Positions 37,216 to 50,600 of a stretch of DNA of 64,000 bases are shown piece after piece (the stretch's first letter is position 1; the number at the start of each line of letters is the position of its first letter). The notes under the pieces were generated by a model. That model worked only from the letters and a program-made list of their open reading frames with translations, made no database searches and was not told the origin of the DNA. This DNA comes from Sphyrna mokarran (lineage: Eukaryota), in the NCBI GenBank assembly GCA_024679065.1, contig JAGIQG010000011.1, positions 4,216,001 through 4,280,000 on the forward strand. Reading direction: 5' to 3'. Both the position numbers and the translations under genes were made by a program.

Positions 37216-38151
37216 CCTTGTTAAATTTGTGCAGAAAATTTTAGAGTGCAAAACCTCTTTTACGAGAATGTAGTAATTGTTAATACAATTCCAATCAATC
37301 TGTCTGAGACAGAATTGAAATACTTTAAATTGTTCAGTTTCTTTTTTGCATTTCGTTGAATGTTAAAGATTTTGAAAATTATTTCAGTTGTTTGGGATTT
37401 CTTTTTCATTTCCTTCAATTTTTTTTTAGTCTTTTGTGACCTTAATTTATTTTTCTCTATCTGGTTTTGATTCTTAATTCATCCTCCTTTATTGTACCTT
37501 TTTCTTTCCCAATCGTTAAGTTAACAAGATGGACAGTTGGCCCCACTGTTAACTGTAGTCCTGAATATACCTTTGCAAACACCACACCGTTAAAAGCTCA
37601 CATTTCCAGCAAACTGCGTTGCAAAAGATTTTCTAACTGAAGTTTGTAGAAGGGTTTAGTTAATTGGGCACAGTGTGAGATGTCGTGCTTCAGCAAGATC
37701 TGGTCAATTCTACGGTCAAACTGTTTCCCTTGGCAAATTGTCCATAGAAATCAACTAACGTACTATGTGACATTTTTGTTGTGTCAATTTACTCCCCTCT
37801 GAAATATATCTATGATCAGCTGGTCATGTTATATAACTTTGTGGGTCCAACTAATGGAAAGTAAAATACAGTTTGAAGGAGGACTTTTTTTAGTGTGCTG
37901 CTTTGCCGTCATGTAAATGAAGATCAGGTAGACAGTGGATCACAACTGCAGTTCACAAGTCACTTGTGAAATGCAGTTGTGATTCACTATCTATTTGGTC
38001 TTCATTCACATGATGACAGAGCAGCACACTAAAAAATCTAACCCTGAAAAAATCCCATATAAATGTTCAATTGGGTTTCCCAAGAATTTTCACTGATAGT
38101 TATGTATTGCAAATATCCTGGTTAACCTCAGCGAAACTTTTGTCTGTTTAG

Positions 38152-38352
38152 ACACTCCCATGCCTCGTTAGGATGTGCAGTAAAGAGAGGCTGCTGGAGG
38201 AACGGGTGGAAGGTGCTGAAACCTTGGCATATCTGATAGAACCTGATGTCGAGTTGCAGAGGATTGCCAGCATCACAGATCATCTTATTGCGATGCTCGC
38301 TGACTACTTTAAGTATCCAAGTTCTGTCAGTGCAATCACAGACATCAAAAGG
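38152..38352 (+). CDS. ARMC8: ARMC8 coding exon 11
   Basis: gtttag|[67 protein letters not shown]|gtaagt; 201 nt. Confidence 0.97.
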
Positions 38353-39163
38353 GTAAGTTTCTTAACTTGACTAGGGGATTTTCACAGTAACTTTAATAAA
38401 CTTTTATAAATTTATTAACGTTTTCGGTAATGTTCAGTATAATGAAGTAGGTAAATAGTTGCAGTATTAATCTTGATTAGATCCATTATAAAGCCAGCCA
38501 TGCTCATGATTTTAATCTAAATAATTGCACAGTAGTAAATTTAATGTCCCCTAGCATTTCATATTTCTATTGCTTTTGTATTACTCTTACTAACAAAGAT
38601 CAGCCATAGAGCAGAGACCTGCAATTTAGTTGTTCCGCTGCTGCCTTCAAGTTAACATCACATCAGTGGGATATAAACATTGGGTTTTTCCCACTATCTC
38701 CAGGAGATGGAGCCCTCACTTCAAAAAAACATTTACCACTTCATTATTACTGATAACCTTCAATAAATCTTCAGCAAAAACAGCTGTTTGAATTACTTGT
38801 GCTTTGCAGAGATGGAACATAATATTTTAGTGTTACACTACAAAGCTGGCATTTATTTACTGCAATTAATGCACTATTGTTATGTGCAATGTTAGCAAAA
38901 GATCTGATTTAGTCTTACTGTAGCTGTGATTTCGAAGTTTAAATTGGAAATGTTTTATTTATGATGGTCCTCTTAAGGCAGTCATTAAAAATGGATAATC
39001 ACTAAAGAATTGGTTGATATTTTAAAAATAATTTTAATGCATGGATGCAGTAATATTGTTTGAATGTTAATTCAATTTTGTGTACTGCTATCTGTCTTAT
39101 TGATGATTAATTGCAACTGCTACAAAAGTACTTCAATTTTTTGTCTTTCCTAATATCCTTCAG

Positions 39164-39259
39164 CTTGACCACGACCTCAAACATGCTCATGAACTTCGCC
39201 AAGCTGCATTCAAGTTGTATGCCTCCCTTGGAGCAAATGATGAAGACATCCGGAAGAAG
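39164..39259 (+). CDS. ARMC8: ARMC8 coding exon 12
   Basis: ccttcag|[32 protein letters not shown]|gtgagt; 96 nt. Confidence 0.97.
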
Positions 39260-39325
39260 GTGAGTCTGGGAGAGGGGCGTCCCCCGGTCCTGGCAACCAA
39301 CAGGCAGGGAGTGACGTCAACCTGA
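39260..39325 (+). CDS. ARMC8: ARMC8-beta-specific C-terminal extension (read-through of the exon-12 donor)
   Basis: In-frame [21 protein letters not shown] then TGA at 39323-39325; closely resembles the recalled human short-isoform tail [21 protein letters not shown]. Confidence 0.85.
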   Translation: MSLGEGRPPVLATNRQGVTST

Positions 39326-39715
39326 GAACAAGGTGAAGAGAATTAACAGTGACTTTACGAAAGAGCATAATCAGATCTGAAGAATGAATGGGATTGAGAC
39401 TCATTTGTCTAGAGAAATGAGTTGTGACGTGTTCATGTTGGAATGACAAGTACTGGTGTTTCCTGTGTTGAACCTTCACCGGATCCTTAAATTACATTCT
39501 TTGCATGAGTTCGTAACAGTAGTAACAAAATAAGCACTGTGAAGTGTAGTGTATAGTACTGACTCACATAATGCAGTGGTACTGTAATGCCAGTTATATA
39601 AATGCTTGCCTACCTATCTGCTGCAAACCGGAAGTACTCAGCTTCTGTTTCTGTATCACTTTTAATTTGTGGCCTGCTGATGTGTTCATTTGTGTTGCTG
39701 ATGTGCAAGTTTAAT

Positions 39716-39762
39716 TGTAAATAAAGCTTTGTGCAATGACATTGCTGGTAGCTTGTTTTCTG
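39716..39762 (+). terminator. Candidate intronic polyadenylation site for ARMC8-beta
   Basis: TGTA immediately followed by AATAAA (39720-39725), CA at 39740-39741, downstream GT/T-rich tract (gcttgttttctg). Confidence 0.65.
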
Positions 39763-40934
39763 AATCTACAGTAAAGCAAAACACTGTTTCCAGATAACTT
39801 GAATGATGGCATTTAAAATGTAGTTGAATTTTTAATCCGTTCACAGTGAGTGATAAGCCCAGAATGGCATCTCACTGTATCTCAAATAAGAGAGAACTGT
39901 GTTGTGATGCACATGTACCCATCAAAACTGAGAGTCCTAATGCTGGAAAATATGCATGCTTCCATATTGTCTGGAAATGTGATTGAAATGCCAACTTAAG
40001 AGTGTCCTTTTCCTGCAACAATGTGGTGTAATCAGTCTCATTTATTTCCTGTATTCTTTGTGAGCAAGATTGTCAAATTTAACAAAGTAATGCTATGGAC
40101 TTTGAAAAGAATCTGCTCACATTAATTTTCCCCTCCAGCAGTTGTCATCTCTGATTTAGAGTGAGGTCCTAGTATCTCACTGATTTGTTAAAATAATTTC
40201 AGTTTTTTTAGATTTCCGGTTCAAAAATGGCATTTTGACCTTTTTTTGTTCATAAATTGCAACTTTGCGATCATCTGTTTCTAACAAAAATGAGTTGACT
40301 ACGGGAATAATAAATTAGGATGAGCAAATCGTAGATATCTCATAATCGGATCTTGGAGGTGAACAGACCTAATGCTAAATGTTTAGACCCCAGTGTGTTA
40401 TTCTGTGAATCTCCATTGTGCTTTTTCTGTGCTGGTTATGTTTGGTACAGAGAAAGTAATGTTCAAGTATTGGTCAGGGCACCTGAAATGCCTTATTTAT
40501 ATAAAATGACTTTCATTGTGAGCAGTTACTGAAAGTGTGTTTTTCAGCACCTCTGGGCAGAATTTGAGGATGCTAAAGTTAATGAGAGGTACATGGGAGA
40601 AAGTGAAGAACATCCTTTTAAACAATTTTGAGATTAGAAAGCACCTATTGCATTAGAGGCTTTTGCACAGTTGTAGTGAAATCATTGTTATACCATGGTT
40701 CTTTTTGAATATTGATGTAAAAGTATTTTAAGTTAACTTAATTAACTCAAATTATAGACTCAACGCTCAGGAAGAGACTCTCTGCCCCACTTTACTTGCG
40801 CTGGCTCTAGTTCTCCAGGTTTTGCTGTTCCTACACCCACTTTCAAATTTTTCTATGAAGTAATATTGTCACCTCATTCGTCCTGCTAAAGTGAATCATT
40901 TCACACTTCTGTGTAATTTTTAAAAATACTTGTT

Positions 40935-42880
40935 CATGGAATGTGAGCATTGCCAGTATTTGTTGCCCATTGTTAATTGCTCTCAAGAAGGTGATGGTGA
41001 GCCACTTTCTTGAACATTGCAATCCTTATGGTGTGAATGCACTTAGTGGGGAGTTCAAAAGTTTTTGACCCAGTTACAGTGAAGGAATATGCTGATGTGG
41101 TTCTGTCAAGATGATGTATGGATAGGAGGAAAACTTGTAAGTAGTGGTGATTGTATGCATTTGCTCCACTTGTGGTATGTGATAGAAGTTGCGAGTTTGA
41201 AAGGTGTTGTCAGAGGAGCTTTGGTGAGTCATTGCAGTGTAAATCTTGTCTATGGCACACACTCCTGCAACTGTGTGCCAATGTTGCTGGGGAGTGAATG
41301 TTTTAAGGTGGTGGCTGGATCAAGTGGGTTACTTTGTCCTGGGTAGTGTCAAGTTCCTTGAGTGTTGTTGGAGCTGTGCTTCTCTACTCCATCACACTCT
41401 TAATGTCTTGTAGATGGTGAACAGGTGAGATGTTGAGGTGAGTTATATTTGCTCAGTTCACTAGCCTGTGTTCTCCAGACAATTGCCCTCATCTGCTTTT
41501 TTGCCATTTGCAAGCTTTGAAGTTACATCTTGTACGGATCCCAATGTCAGGGTATTAAAACATATCTAAAGGAGCAGAGACCCCAACACAACCCCTGGGA
41601 GACACAACTGCATACTTCCTTCCACTCTGATAAAACAACTGTTGACCACTATTCTTGGTTTTCTATCCTTGAGCTAATTTTGTATCATCACTGTGTCTTC
41701 AATCACACAAATGTTTGCTCACAAGTCTATTACTTGTCTATTGCAAGATCCTCATCAAAAAACTCAATTGTGTTAGTCAAACACATTCTGCAATTAACAC
41801 CTGTGCTGGCTATCATTGATTAACCCATATTTTTCCAAATGACAATTAATTTTATCCTGGATTAATGTGTTGTAAAGTTGTGTCATCACTGATGTTCAGC
41901 TAACTGGCTTGGTAATGGTCGAATTTCTCCCTCCTTGTTCCGTCCTTGTTGAAACATTTCAAGAACTCTGACACCCCTTCCATATCCATTAGAGGATTGG
42001 GAGATTGTGGCCAGAATCACTACCCACATTTCCCTCGGCAATCTAGGATGCATCTCCTCGGGACCAGGTGATTTTTGAACTTTGAAAAGTAATCTTTTTA
42101 TCCTTATCTATGCAATTTCTTTACTACCTTTTGCTGGGCATTGACAGCAGCTGCTCTAGTGGAGAAACTGCAACCTGATTATAATGTCAATCATGCCTCT
42201 GCCTCCACCAGAAGATCTCCATTTTGATCCCCACATATGGCTATCCTCTAAGTATCTGCTTAAGCAAGACATTTGGCTTTCTTTTTATGTTATCTGCTAA
42301 TCTATTCTCATGCATATTTTGCTCTCTTATTTCCTTTCATAGTTCTTCCTGCCCTCCACACAGTTTGTGTTCAACTTGCCTATCTACTGAATTATTAATG
42401 TGCCATTTATCATAACCCTCAATCCAACTTTATATCTAGAGTTATCCGGCAGCTTCATCTTTTGAAGTATCTTTTTTTCTCCCTTGTGGGTATGTGTCTA
42501 GTCTGCACCTGCGCCTGAACCATGAGTTCTTTGAAGGTCTCGTGTTGTAATTTAGTTGCTGGTCTTTGATTCGATCCACCAAAGTTAAATTTGTTTTTAG
42601 CTGAATGAAATGACTTGTCCTTCAGTTTGGCATTTTGATTACTGCCCTCCCCCCCCCCCAAAAAATTAAATGTAATACTGTTTCCTCATATCTATCAAAG
42701 AAACTTTGACTGCCTCTATTAAATCTCTTTCTCCTTAACCATTTCTGCTTGGAGGAAAACAATCCTACCTTCTCTCCTCTTTCCACATAAATGAATTCTC
42801 TTGTTCCTGGTGTCATTCTAATAAATATCAGACCCTACTCAAAGTCATTTGACATCCTTCCAAAAGCATGGGTGCCCATC
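40935..42880 (-). mobile_element. Composite of decayed LINEs (19960-type 3' end at about 40935-41450; CR1 ORF2 fragments at about 41480-42880)
   Basis: acccctgggagacac (antisense of the GVSQG RT motif), catctcctcgggaccaggtg (antisense of the PGP..MHPR motif). Confidence 0.7.
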
Positions 42881-45800
42881 TTTGACTTGCCCTGAATATT
42901 CATCAATTTATTGATGAAGTTCTGGGAAACAATTTTCACTGGCCCAGTTTTTACCATGTCAGTGTTAGCATGTTATTACAGGAAAATCTTGTTGCCATGA
43001 TGGATTTTATATCAGCTGACAAAAAAAAGTTGATGAATATTCTACATTTTGTGATGTGAATTTAATCAACTTCTTAATATGTAAGTACATTTCAGAATAA
43101 TTGCACAGAAATATTGTTCAAACGCTGCACTTCGTAGCGCTTAAGGCAGTTTTAAAGAAATATGTATGAATGAGAGATTTACAAATAAAGACCATATTCC
43201 TATATGATTTGAGGATATTGAAATGGGGCTTAAATATACCCACTTCCGCAGCATGTAAATATATTTTAGACACATTTTTTCACGTGTTCCTTGTGCCTGT
43301 ATTGTTAATTAACAACAATGTTATTGACCTCCATTGTTCACACTAATGTCCTTTTTGCTATAGTGGGACAGTGAATAAAATTATCTTTTGCACGTTGTAT
43401 TAATGTAACAAGACAAATTATATTTGTATATGGGCACTGACTTATATCTGCATAAATGGGAACCAAATCAATTCAAGGTTCACTTATTATCCTGCACCGT
43501 CTTAATCCATTCATTATTCATTTATAAATGATAGACAGGTGCTCTGCTGCTTATGCTATTGACTGGGAAGCTGAGTTGTCTAATGGTTACTGCTTGTTTA
43601 ATTCCACATCCCTCACAAGACAATTTCATTAAAATTTAAAATATACCTATTCTGCCTTCACGTACTTGCATTTTGCTGCCCAATTAGAAAACACTAGCAT
43701 TACTGATCATCAATAGCTTTGGCTCACAGTCTTGCTGCCCATACATTGAGCTTTATTTGTAAGGCCACTGAAAGAATATCAATTTTAAAAAAAGGTATGC
43801 CTGAAATTTTGCAACAAAAAGACAGTAGGAATTCATATTGCATTCTGCATATTATGCAGGTCTGTCACTTAACAATATACAAAATATTTACTAACCAGAA
43901 CAAAAGATCTTGGGCATAATCCTTGAAAAGTACATGCGTACAAAAGTACAAAACACATGCAAAACCTTGAAAGCAAGAGTTTTCACACTCTTGTGCATAT
44001 TTGTATGCTTGAGAATCTCTGCTGTCTCCTACCCATGGCTTGTGCAGTTACACGATATTAAAATGAGGTCTGTCCTTTGGCTCAGATATATTTATGCCTG
44101 AATCATCAACGTGGGACTTCTCACATGTCTGTTAATTCACGCGTAACTATCGATTGCATTATTTGACATACAGAATCAATCCACAGCAGGTTGAGGTTAT
44201 AATTCTGGAATATTAAAAGAATTAACTGGCACACAGTGCCTAGAATTTTTGGCTATTGAAATAAGGCTTGTTGTTAAGGTCAACATAAATTCATTCTGTT
44301 CAAAACGATTTGTTTCCACATCTTATTAATTTTAACTAAGAGTTGCCACAGGATCCTTTATCTTGAGCCTGTTCAGAGTTGTTGCCAACCTATCAGTTTG
44401 TTTTTGATTTATCTTTGCAGTTAGAAAATGAATAGATGTCGTTTTCCGGGGCATCGGTCAGATACTTTCTGCATGAAGTCACCTTTTACATCATGAGCTC
44501 TTTTGAATTCTTCCCCATTCTTGCTTAGTGAGTGTTTTTGTTGAGTCCTAGGCCAAATATCAGACGTGATGTAATGCTGGATTTTAATCAATTGCAGTAT
44601 GAGTAAATGAGAATATTTTTAGCTTGGTAGCGAAATCCTGCGGTGATCTGACATTTTTCCCATTCCAGAGTTGCTTTCTGGTTCTGAAATCATGTTTTGG
44701 TGTTTTTCTTTTTTGCTCAGTGTGTTCTTTTGTACTATTGTTCTTTTATTCCTTCAAAGTAGATAGTTAACCTTCATTTTTGCAGTGCTGTAAATTCAAA
44801 GGAATTCCTGGTTTGGATCTCTTTTTGTATTTGCAAGCTAAGCTGACAGAGTCTTTTAGCAGCTTCAGGTTGGACTGTTATGTGATACGTTACATTCATA
44901 ATAATAGCAATCAAAAAACTTTGCAGCTCCTTTGTTTTGCTGGAAAAAGGTCTCATATTTGGAAGAATTGTCCTCTTTTGGCAATTTTATGATTTCTTGA
45001 AGACTTGTAACCCATCTCATTTCTTAGCAGTGATAGTCAGAATAATTGTTCTTCATCGATGTACTTTATTTGATGCTTCAGCAAAAAGCAATTTCAACAA
45101 CAATTTTAAAATGCTTCACCTGTTTGAGATCTCAGTAGCACAGTGAGTTATCAAACTTATGTGTGTAAAAATTATTTCATGATGCAATAGTCTTTCTGAG
45201 ATTGTGGTTAAAGCGCATTGTTGGAGCACAGTAGTTGAAAGCCATGCACTGTACCTTCCTATGCTGTACATGGCTGAGTACTTCATGCTAAATACTGTTA
45301 AAAGCAAAAGTATTGTATTCTCCAGCCAGCACCAACATCCTTCACCTTTGATACAAAAAGGTTCCCCACAAAAATGGAATACTCACAATCTCAAAAACAG
45401 ATTGAGAATTCAGAAGAACATGTTTAATTTTAATGTTGATATCCTTGTATAGAAAACTTAACTCGGGAGTTAAAGAATTAGTTGAAAGTAGGTTGTTGAT
45501 GCTCAGTTAGTAACTACCATGTCAACTGTTTTCAGCTTAGTTTACAAAAACACGTTCTCCTGTGGCTTCCTATGTTCAGTACAAGTCAAAGCAACAGAAG
45601 AATACAAATGCCCTTACAAAAATTGATGCCTTAACTATGAAAGTTAACGGTATTGCCACAAACATTCTGATTTTAACCATTGTTTAATCAGTGATTTGAT
45701 AAAGTGGGAGATGCAGAATGATTGAACTGATGACCAGTATTGAAAAATTGCTGCTGGTTACTGCTGTCATTTTAAAGGTTTAAAATGCAAATCTATTTTT

Positions 45801-47425
45801 CTCTCATGGAATTCTGTGGTCAATTTATATTCAAATTTAAAAGATAAGTACCTTTAGCACATTCTAGATTTGGTGCATTATAATAGATGTTGTGCTATTG
45901 ACAACGAATGAATGAATATTTGTTCATTTTTTTTATGACAGCTGTAGATTTAGTGATTTTGTTTTATTTCTAATAACCTGATAGTTTTGCGATGAAGGTG
46001 TGAATCATAAATTCTCTACTGTAGCAACATATTTCAAGATTTTCTTTTATAGTAAGTACTTTTGTTTGCAAAAGGCAAATGACCCATGATTATCCTCAGC
46101 AACCCAATTATTAGATAACTTTCAAGCTGCTATGCATTTTGAACTGTCAGCTTGAATAAATTGACGAATTATCAAATGGCATTTCATCCCATTTAGGGGC
46201 TGCCATCATTACATTGATTAAACTGCAAATTATAGAAAAATTATTTCCATCATGTCAACTAACAGACTTGATTTTGTAATGAGACTTTTAAGATCAGTAC
46301 TGTAGTAAGATAATATCATAAGAGCAAAGTCAATACAGTCCATGACTTGTTGAGCATTTAGATTTTTAACAAATTATAAACTGATTATAGAACACCATGT
46401 CTTCAGGAGTATAGAAAAATTGATTATCGTAATTCATAACTTAAGATGTTCATTATTTCCAGGAATGTAAAAACATTCATGAACAATAAATTTTATCATG
46501 TGTTTTATACATATAAAATGCAGGTTGGAATGCCTTTACCTCTGTACAGAATTAACATTGCTTGAAAATGCATCTGTCAAATTGCAGGAAAGCTATGACT
46601 TTCTTGTTGGTATGGCAGTCCAAATTTTGCAGCCTGCTATGTCTTATAACCACCAAAATTGAGACAATTGCCCTCATCTGTCAGCTCTAGCTAAATCCTA
46701 CAAGTGCTTCTTAAAAGTTATGTAGGGGTTTTTGCATTTAACTATGTATCTGTTTTCCTTTTAGTATCTTTGAAACTAAACCCTGAGGAAAATTAGTTGC
46801 TGTAAGCTGTAAGTTGTATGAAGGCGAAGTTAACTGCTGCATTGATAATTCATCTCCATACCATTGTTAGTATCTGGTCAAAAGCCTTGATTTCATCAGT
46901 AGATTGTGTTTTTTAAAAAATATATAAAATATTCCAATGAGATACTTTTTAACCATGTGCTATTTTACTCGAGCGCTGCTGATAGTGTTAAAAATCAAAC
47001 TTCAGTAAACCTATATCAAAATAATATATATAAAAAAGAATACTGTGATATATACTTGTTCAATCATCATAATGTGGTCCACATTGAACTAGCCATTCCA
47101 ATTATCCTTCACCAGCTCCTTAAATAACGATAATAGAATGGCTAATTCATAATGGCCTATTCTTAAGTAGTATCACCGTTGCTGATTGATTAGTGGGAAT
47201 ACGGTAGTAATTGCTTGTTAATTTGATGGTTACAACTTTGTCAGATTTGTTACTTGGTAGCAGTTTCACCTATGGCTCAGAAGACTCAGTGTTCCAGTCT
47301 TATTCTGGCATTTGAGTCTATAATCTAAAATGACACCCAAATCAAGTCTAGTGCTGGATGGTGGTGACTTGGGTGAGGCATTAGACCAAGATGCCTATTT
47401 CTGTCGATTGTTAAAGATTGACTTT

Positions 47426-47649
47426 GTAAGAGGTCTGACAACAGCAATTTTAAATCCAACCGATTTATTTGATAGTAAACTTGCTAGCTTTCGGCCTTTG
47501 TGCAGACCAGAACACCTCATTCGCCTGACGAAGGCTACAAAGGCCAAAAGCTAGCAAGTTTACTATCAAATAAATCAGTTGGATTTAAAATTGCTGTTGT
47601 CAGACCTCTTACTGAGTTTACCCTAGTCCAACGCCAGCATCTCTACACC
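47426..47649 (+). mobile_element. Penelope-terminus insertion with a 76-bp inverted duplication, hammerhead core and 12-bp TSD
   Basis: Arms 47426-47501 and 47537-47612 (74/76 complementary); CTGACGA at 47525; TSD AAGATTGACTTT (47414-47425) / AAGATTGGCTTT (47650-47661). Confidence 0.85.
47521..47558 (+). ncRNA. Minimal type I hammerhead ribozyme motif, probably inactive (GAAA changed to AAAA)
   Basis: cgc-CUGACGA-aGGC uacaaag GCC-[G>A]AA-AGCU-A-gca; palindromic stem III (AGCU); the inverted arm keeps the ancestral GGCCGAAAGC. Confidence 0.65.
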
Positions 47650-50600
47650 AAGATTGGCTTTATCAGAGATCCTGGAGTATGAACAGCGCTAGACACCATG
47701 CATAATCCAATATGAGGCCTCTAATGGCTTCCAAAATATGAAACTTCAATCTGAGCATTTTAATTTCTACAACTTTCATTACTCAAAAAGTCCATGCCTA
47801 CCTTGGCTGTCGTTTATTGTAGTTTGGTATGTGCAGAATGGCTTTTATGTTTGCCAATGTAGCACTAACTATATTTCAAGGGAATTCAACAGTAAATACA
47901 CTTCAAGGGCATTCATTCTGGAATATGATCAAGTGTAATATAAAAGCAAGTATTTTTATTGAGAGATTAAGGATTTTATTAAAAGTATACTGCGGTATTA
48001 ACTCTCAGGATACCTCTGTCCTGGTTCTGCAAATGGCAGTTATTTGGATCGAAGGAACTCTATTCCCATTTTATTTTTATTAAATGCGGTTTCTTGCAAG
48101 AATGGCATCCTTATGAGCCCATTTCATTTTTCACCAATGCTGAAGTTATAGAACAAATCCTGATTTAGGAGCAAGTCAGAGTGAAATGTCTTGAAGGAAA
48201 CTTAGCACTGAGTTTTGTCTGGCCTCACTATTGGTATATTATAATGGTTGCTAACAGTCTGTATAGTATAAATGCAGCCTAAGGAAAGCAAGATTTTCAG
48301 ATAATCCAACATTCTTATAGCTCTCTTGCAATATACCAGCTATTGCGCAGAAGAGGCAAATCTTACTTACACCGACGTGCCAGCCATAAGCTGTGGGAAC
48401 TGTGTGTTTTCCTACTGCAAAATGTTTTGGGAAGATTTTAAATAACGTGCACAAGTTGCAGTTTCAGTTAAAGAAATGTAATTTTGTCCATGTCTGTAGT
48501 AAATTAAGATGCATCAACCTAAGTTGCTCATATTTAGATTTTTTTGCTTCTGGACACAGGAGTATTTAGATTCAAGTTACCACTGTCTTTCTCTTTTGCT
48601 GATCTTTGCCACTCCCTGCACCCCAATCTTCCAGTTTCAGTTCTTAACCTAGATGTTTCTTCGTAGAGCGAGCCTGATCTTTAGGGATTGACTTGAAGAA
48701 ATAGAGATTTCTTGCCAGTTTGCTTGGCTAGAAAATTGAGAAGGAAGTTTCAACAGTATTCTTGTGTTGTTATCATTGGTCTTCAACATGGGTTCAGCTC
48801 TATTAGCCTCTGTTATCATTGTTTTCATTTTTTTGAACTCCATGTAATGATTAAAAGTTGATTGTTGAAGGGTGCAATTTAATGTTGAGATTAAAAATAG
48901 AAATTTGTACCTGCTGGAGATCTGAAATTAAAACCAAGAAGAAATATAAATTCACAGCAGGTCTGAGGCATTTGAAAGGAAGTGTATTTGGTGAGCAGAT
49001 TTTCCTTAAGTCTGTTCTCGAAGAACTTTGGTGAAAGTAAAGAGTGCTATGAGCAATGTGCATCATTCCTTGTCTCAGTATTATTGTTGAATGCATTCAG
49101 GAAAGTATTTTTAAGTATCAGATGCAGGACAAACTGATTCTTGAACTTATGTCTTTCACTATAAGAACTTAACAGGAGTTTGATATATGAATGAGGAATT
49201 GCACTTGGTTCAGTTTGTCTGACTAATTTTAATGCATTGGACTAATTTTAATACGTATTTAATCAAAGTTGTGGTTTGGCGATTTTCTTCCTTTTATTGT
49301 TATCCGTTTATGTAATATCTTTAACAAAAGAGCAATGTACCTGAAATGAATTTCTGTATGAGTTTCCTTTATAGATAATAAAGTGAAATTGAATTTGAAT
49401 TGAAAAGATGGTTTAACTTTTCAATATAGATTAGAACCATTGGCATATCTTTCCCCTTTATGGTCGCTGACAGACCTACTATGCATTTACCATATTTCTG
49501 TTTATGATATTCAGACAAAGTTCACAGCAATCTAAAGGTTTTATATTTGGGATTATCTAATATGAATAGCTGTTCATGCCCACTACAGTTCAGGCCTATG
49601 TGAGGCAATAGTAGCTGAGGAAGGAACTGTGTCAAGATAACAGCATTGATATGTGGTGCTGGTTCTAAGACTCCCTAATGTCACAGCAAATTACCTAATT
49701 GTATAGTCGTCAATTTTAAGTAACTTTTAGCTAAGAAACCCTTCAGGTGGAAAAGTTGACTAAGAATTAAAAATACAAATTGAAATGGGATTTGTTTTAT
49801 CTTCTAATGTAAATTTGAATTTCTGAATTAATGCAGGTGTACATTTCCAGAGACACCCTTAGGGATATGAGTGTTGAAAGCTGTATGCATATGTTCACGG
49901 ATGTTTTATTTAAAGAAAATCTGTTTTCAGTATAAAATACTAGTTGATTTAAGACTGATTATTTCATCATGATTTACTATAAGTTTGTTTATTATTTTAA
50001 AGGGTTTTTCAGGACCAACTAATTTCTTGAAGAAAAGTATAATTTCTTCTTCTCTAGCAGAATTGTAATATATTGAAAAGTGGAATTTGCATTATTATTG
50101 CTGTACAAAATTTAATTTAATATCACAGTTTATGACTTTGGGTTTGACTACAGTGACAAAAAATTGACACTAGGGAGATTTGTGAGAACAGATGCTATAT
50201 TGCTTTACTAAAATGCTGTTTTCCTTCAGGACGAAAAACATTGTGTTGATTGAATAATAGAAGTGTAGTAATGTATTTTCAGTGATTATGCCACGGTTAT
50301 TGCATCTCTTCTGTGTGTACCAATTAATAATATTTTCATAAAATGTCCACTATAAAGATCAGGTTTAAATTTCAATCTGTTCCATCTAAGAACAGGCTTT
50401 ATAGTTTTTCCATGTACTGCTCGAGATTCAAAATTATACACTGTGCTTGACCTAAGATTAAAACTATGGAATGAATACATCAGAATGCAATGTAGTACAT
50501 GGTGTGCAAATTTAAGGAAAACAAAAAGTCAGGATGAAAGGGGACTTTGCTTCCTTTGGGAATCCTTAAGAGGATACAGAGTAGCCTTATGGTTATGTGG

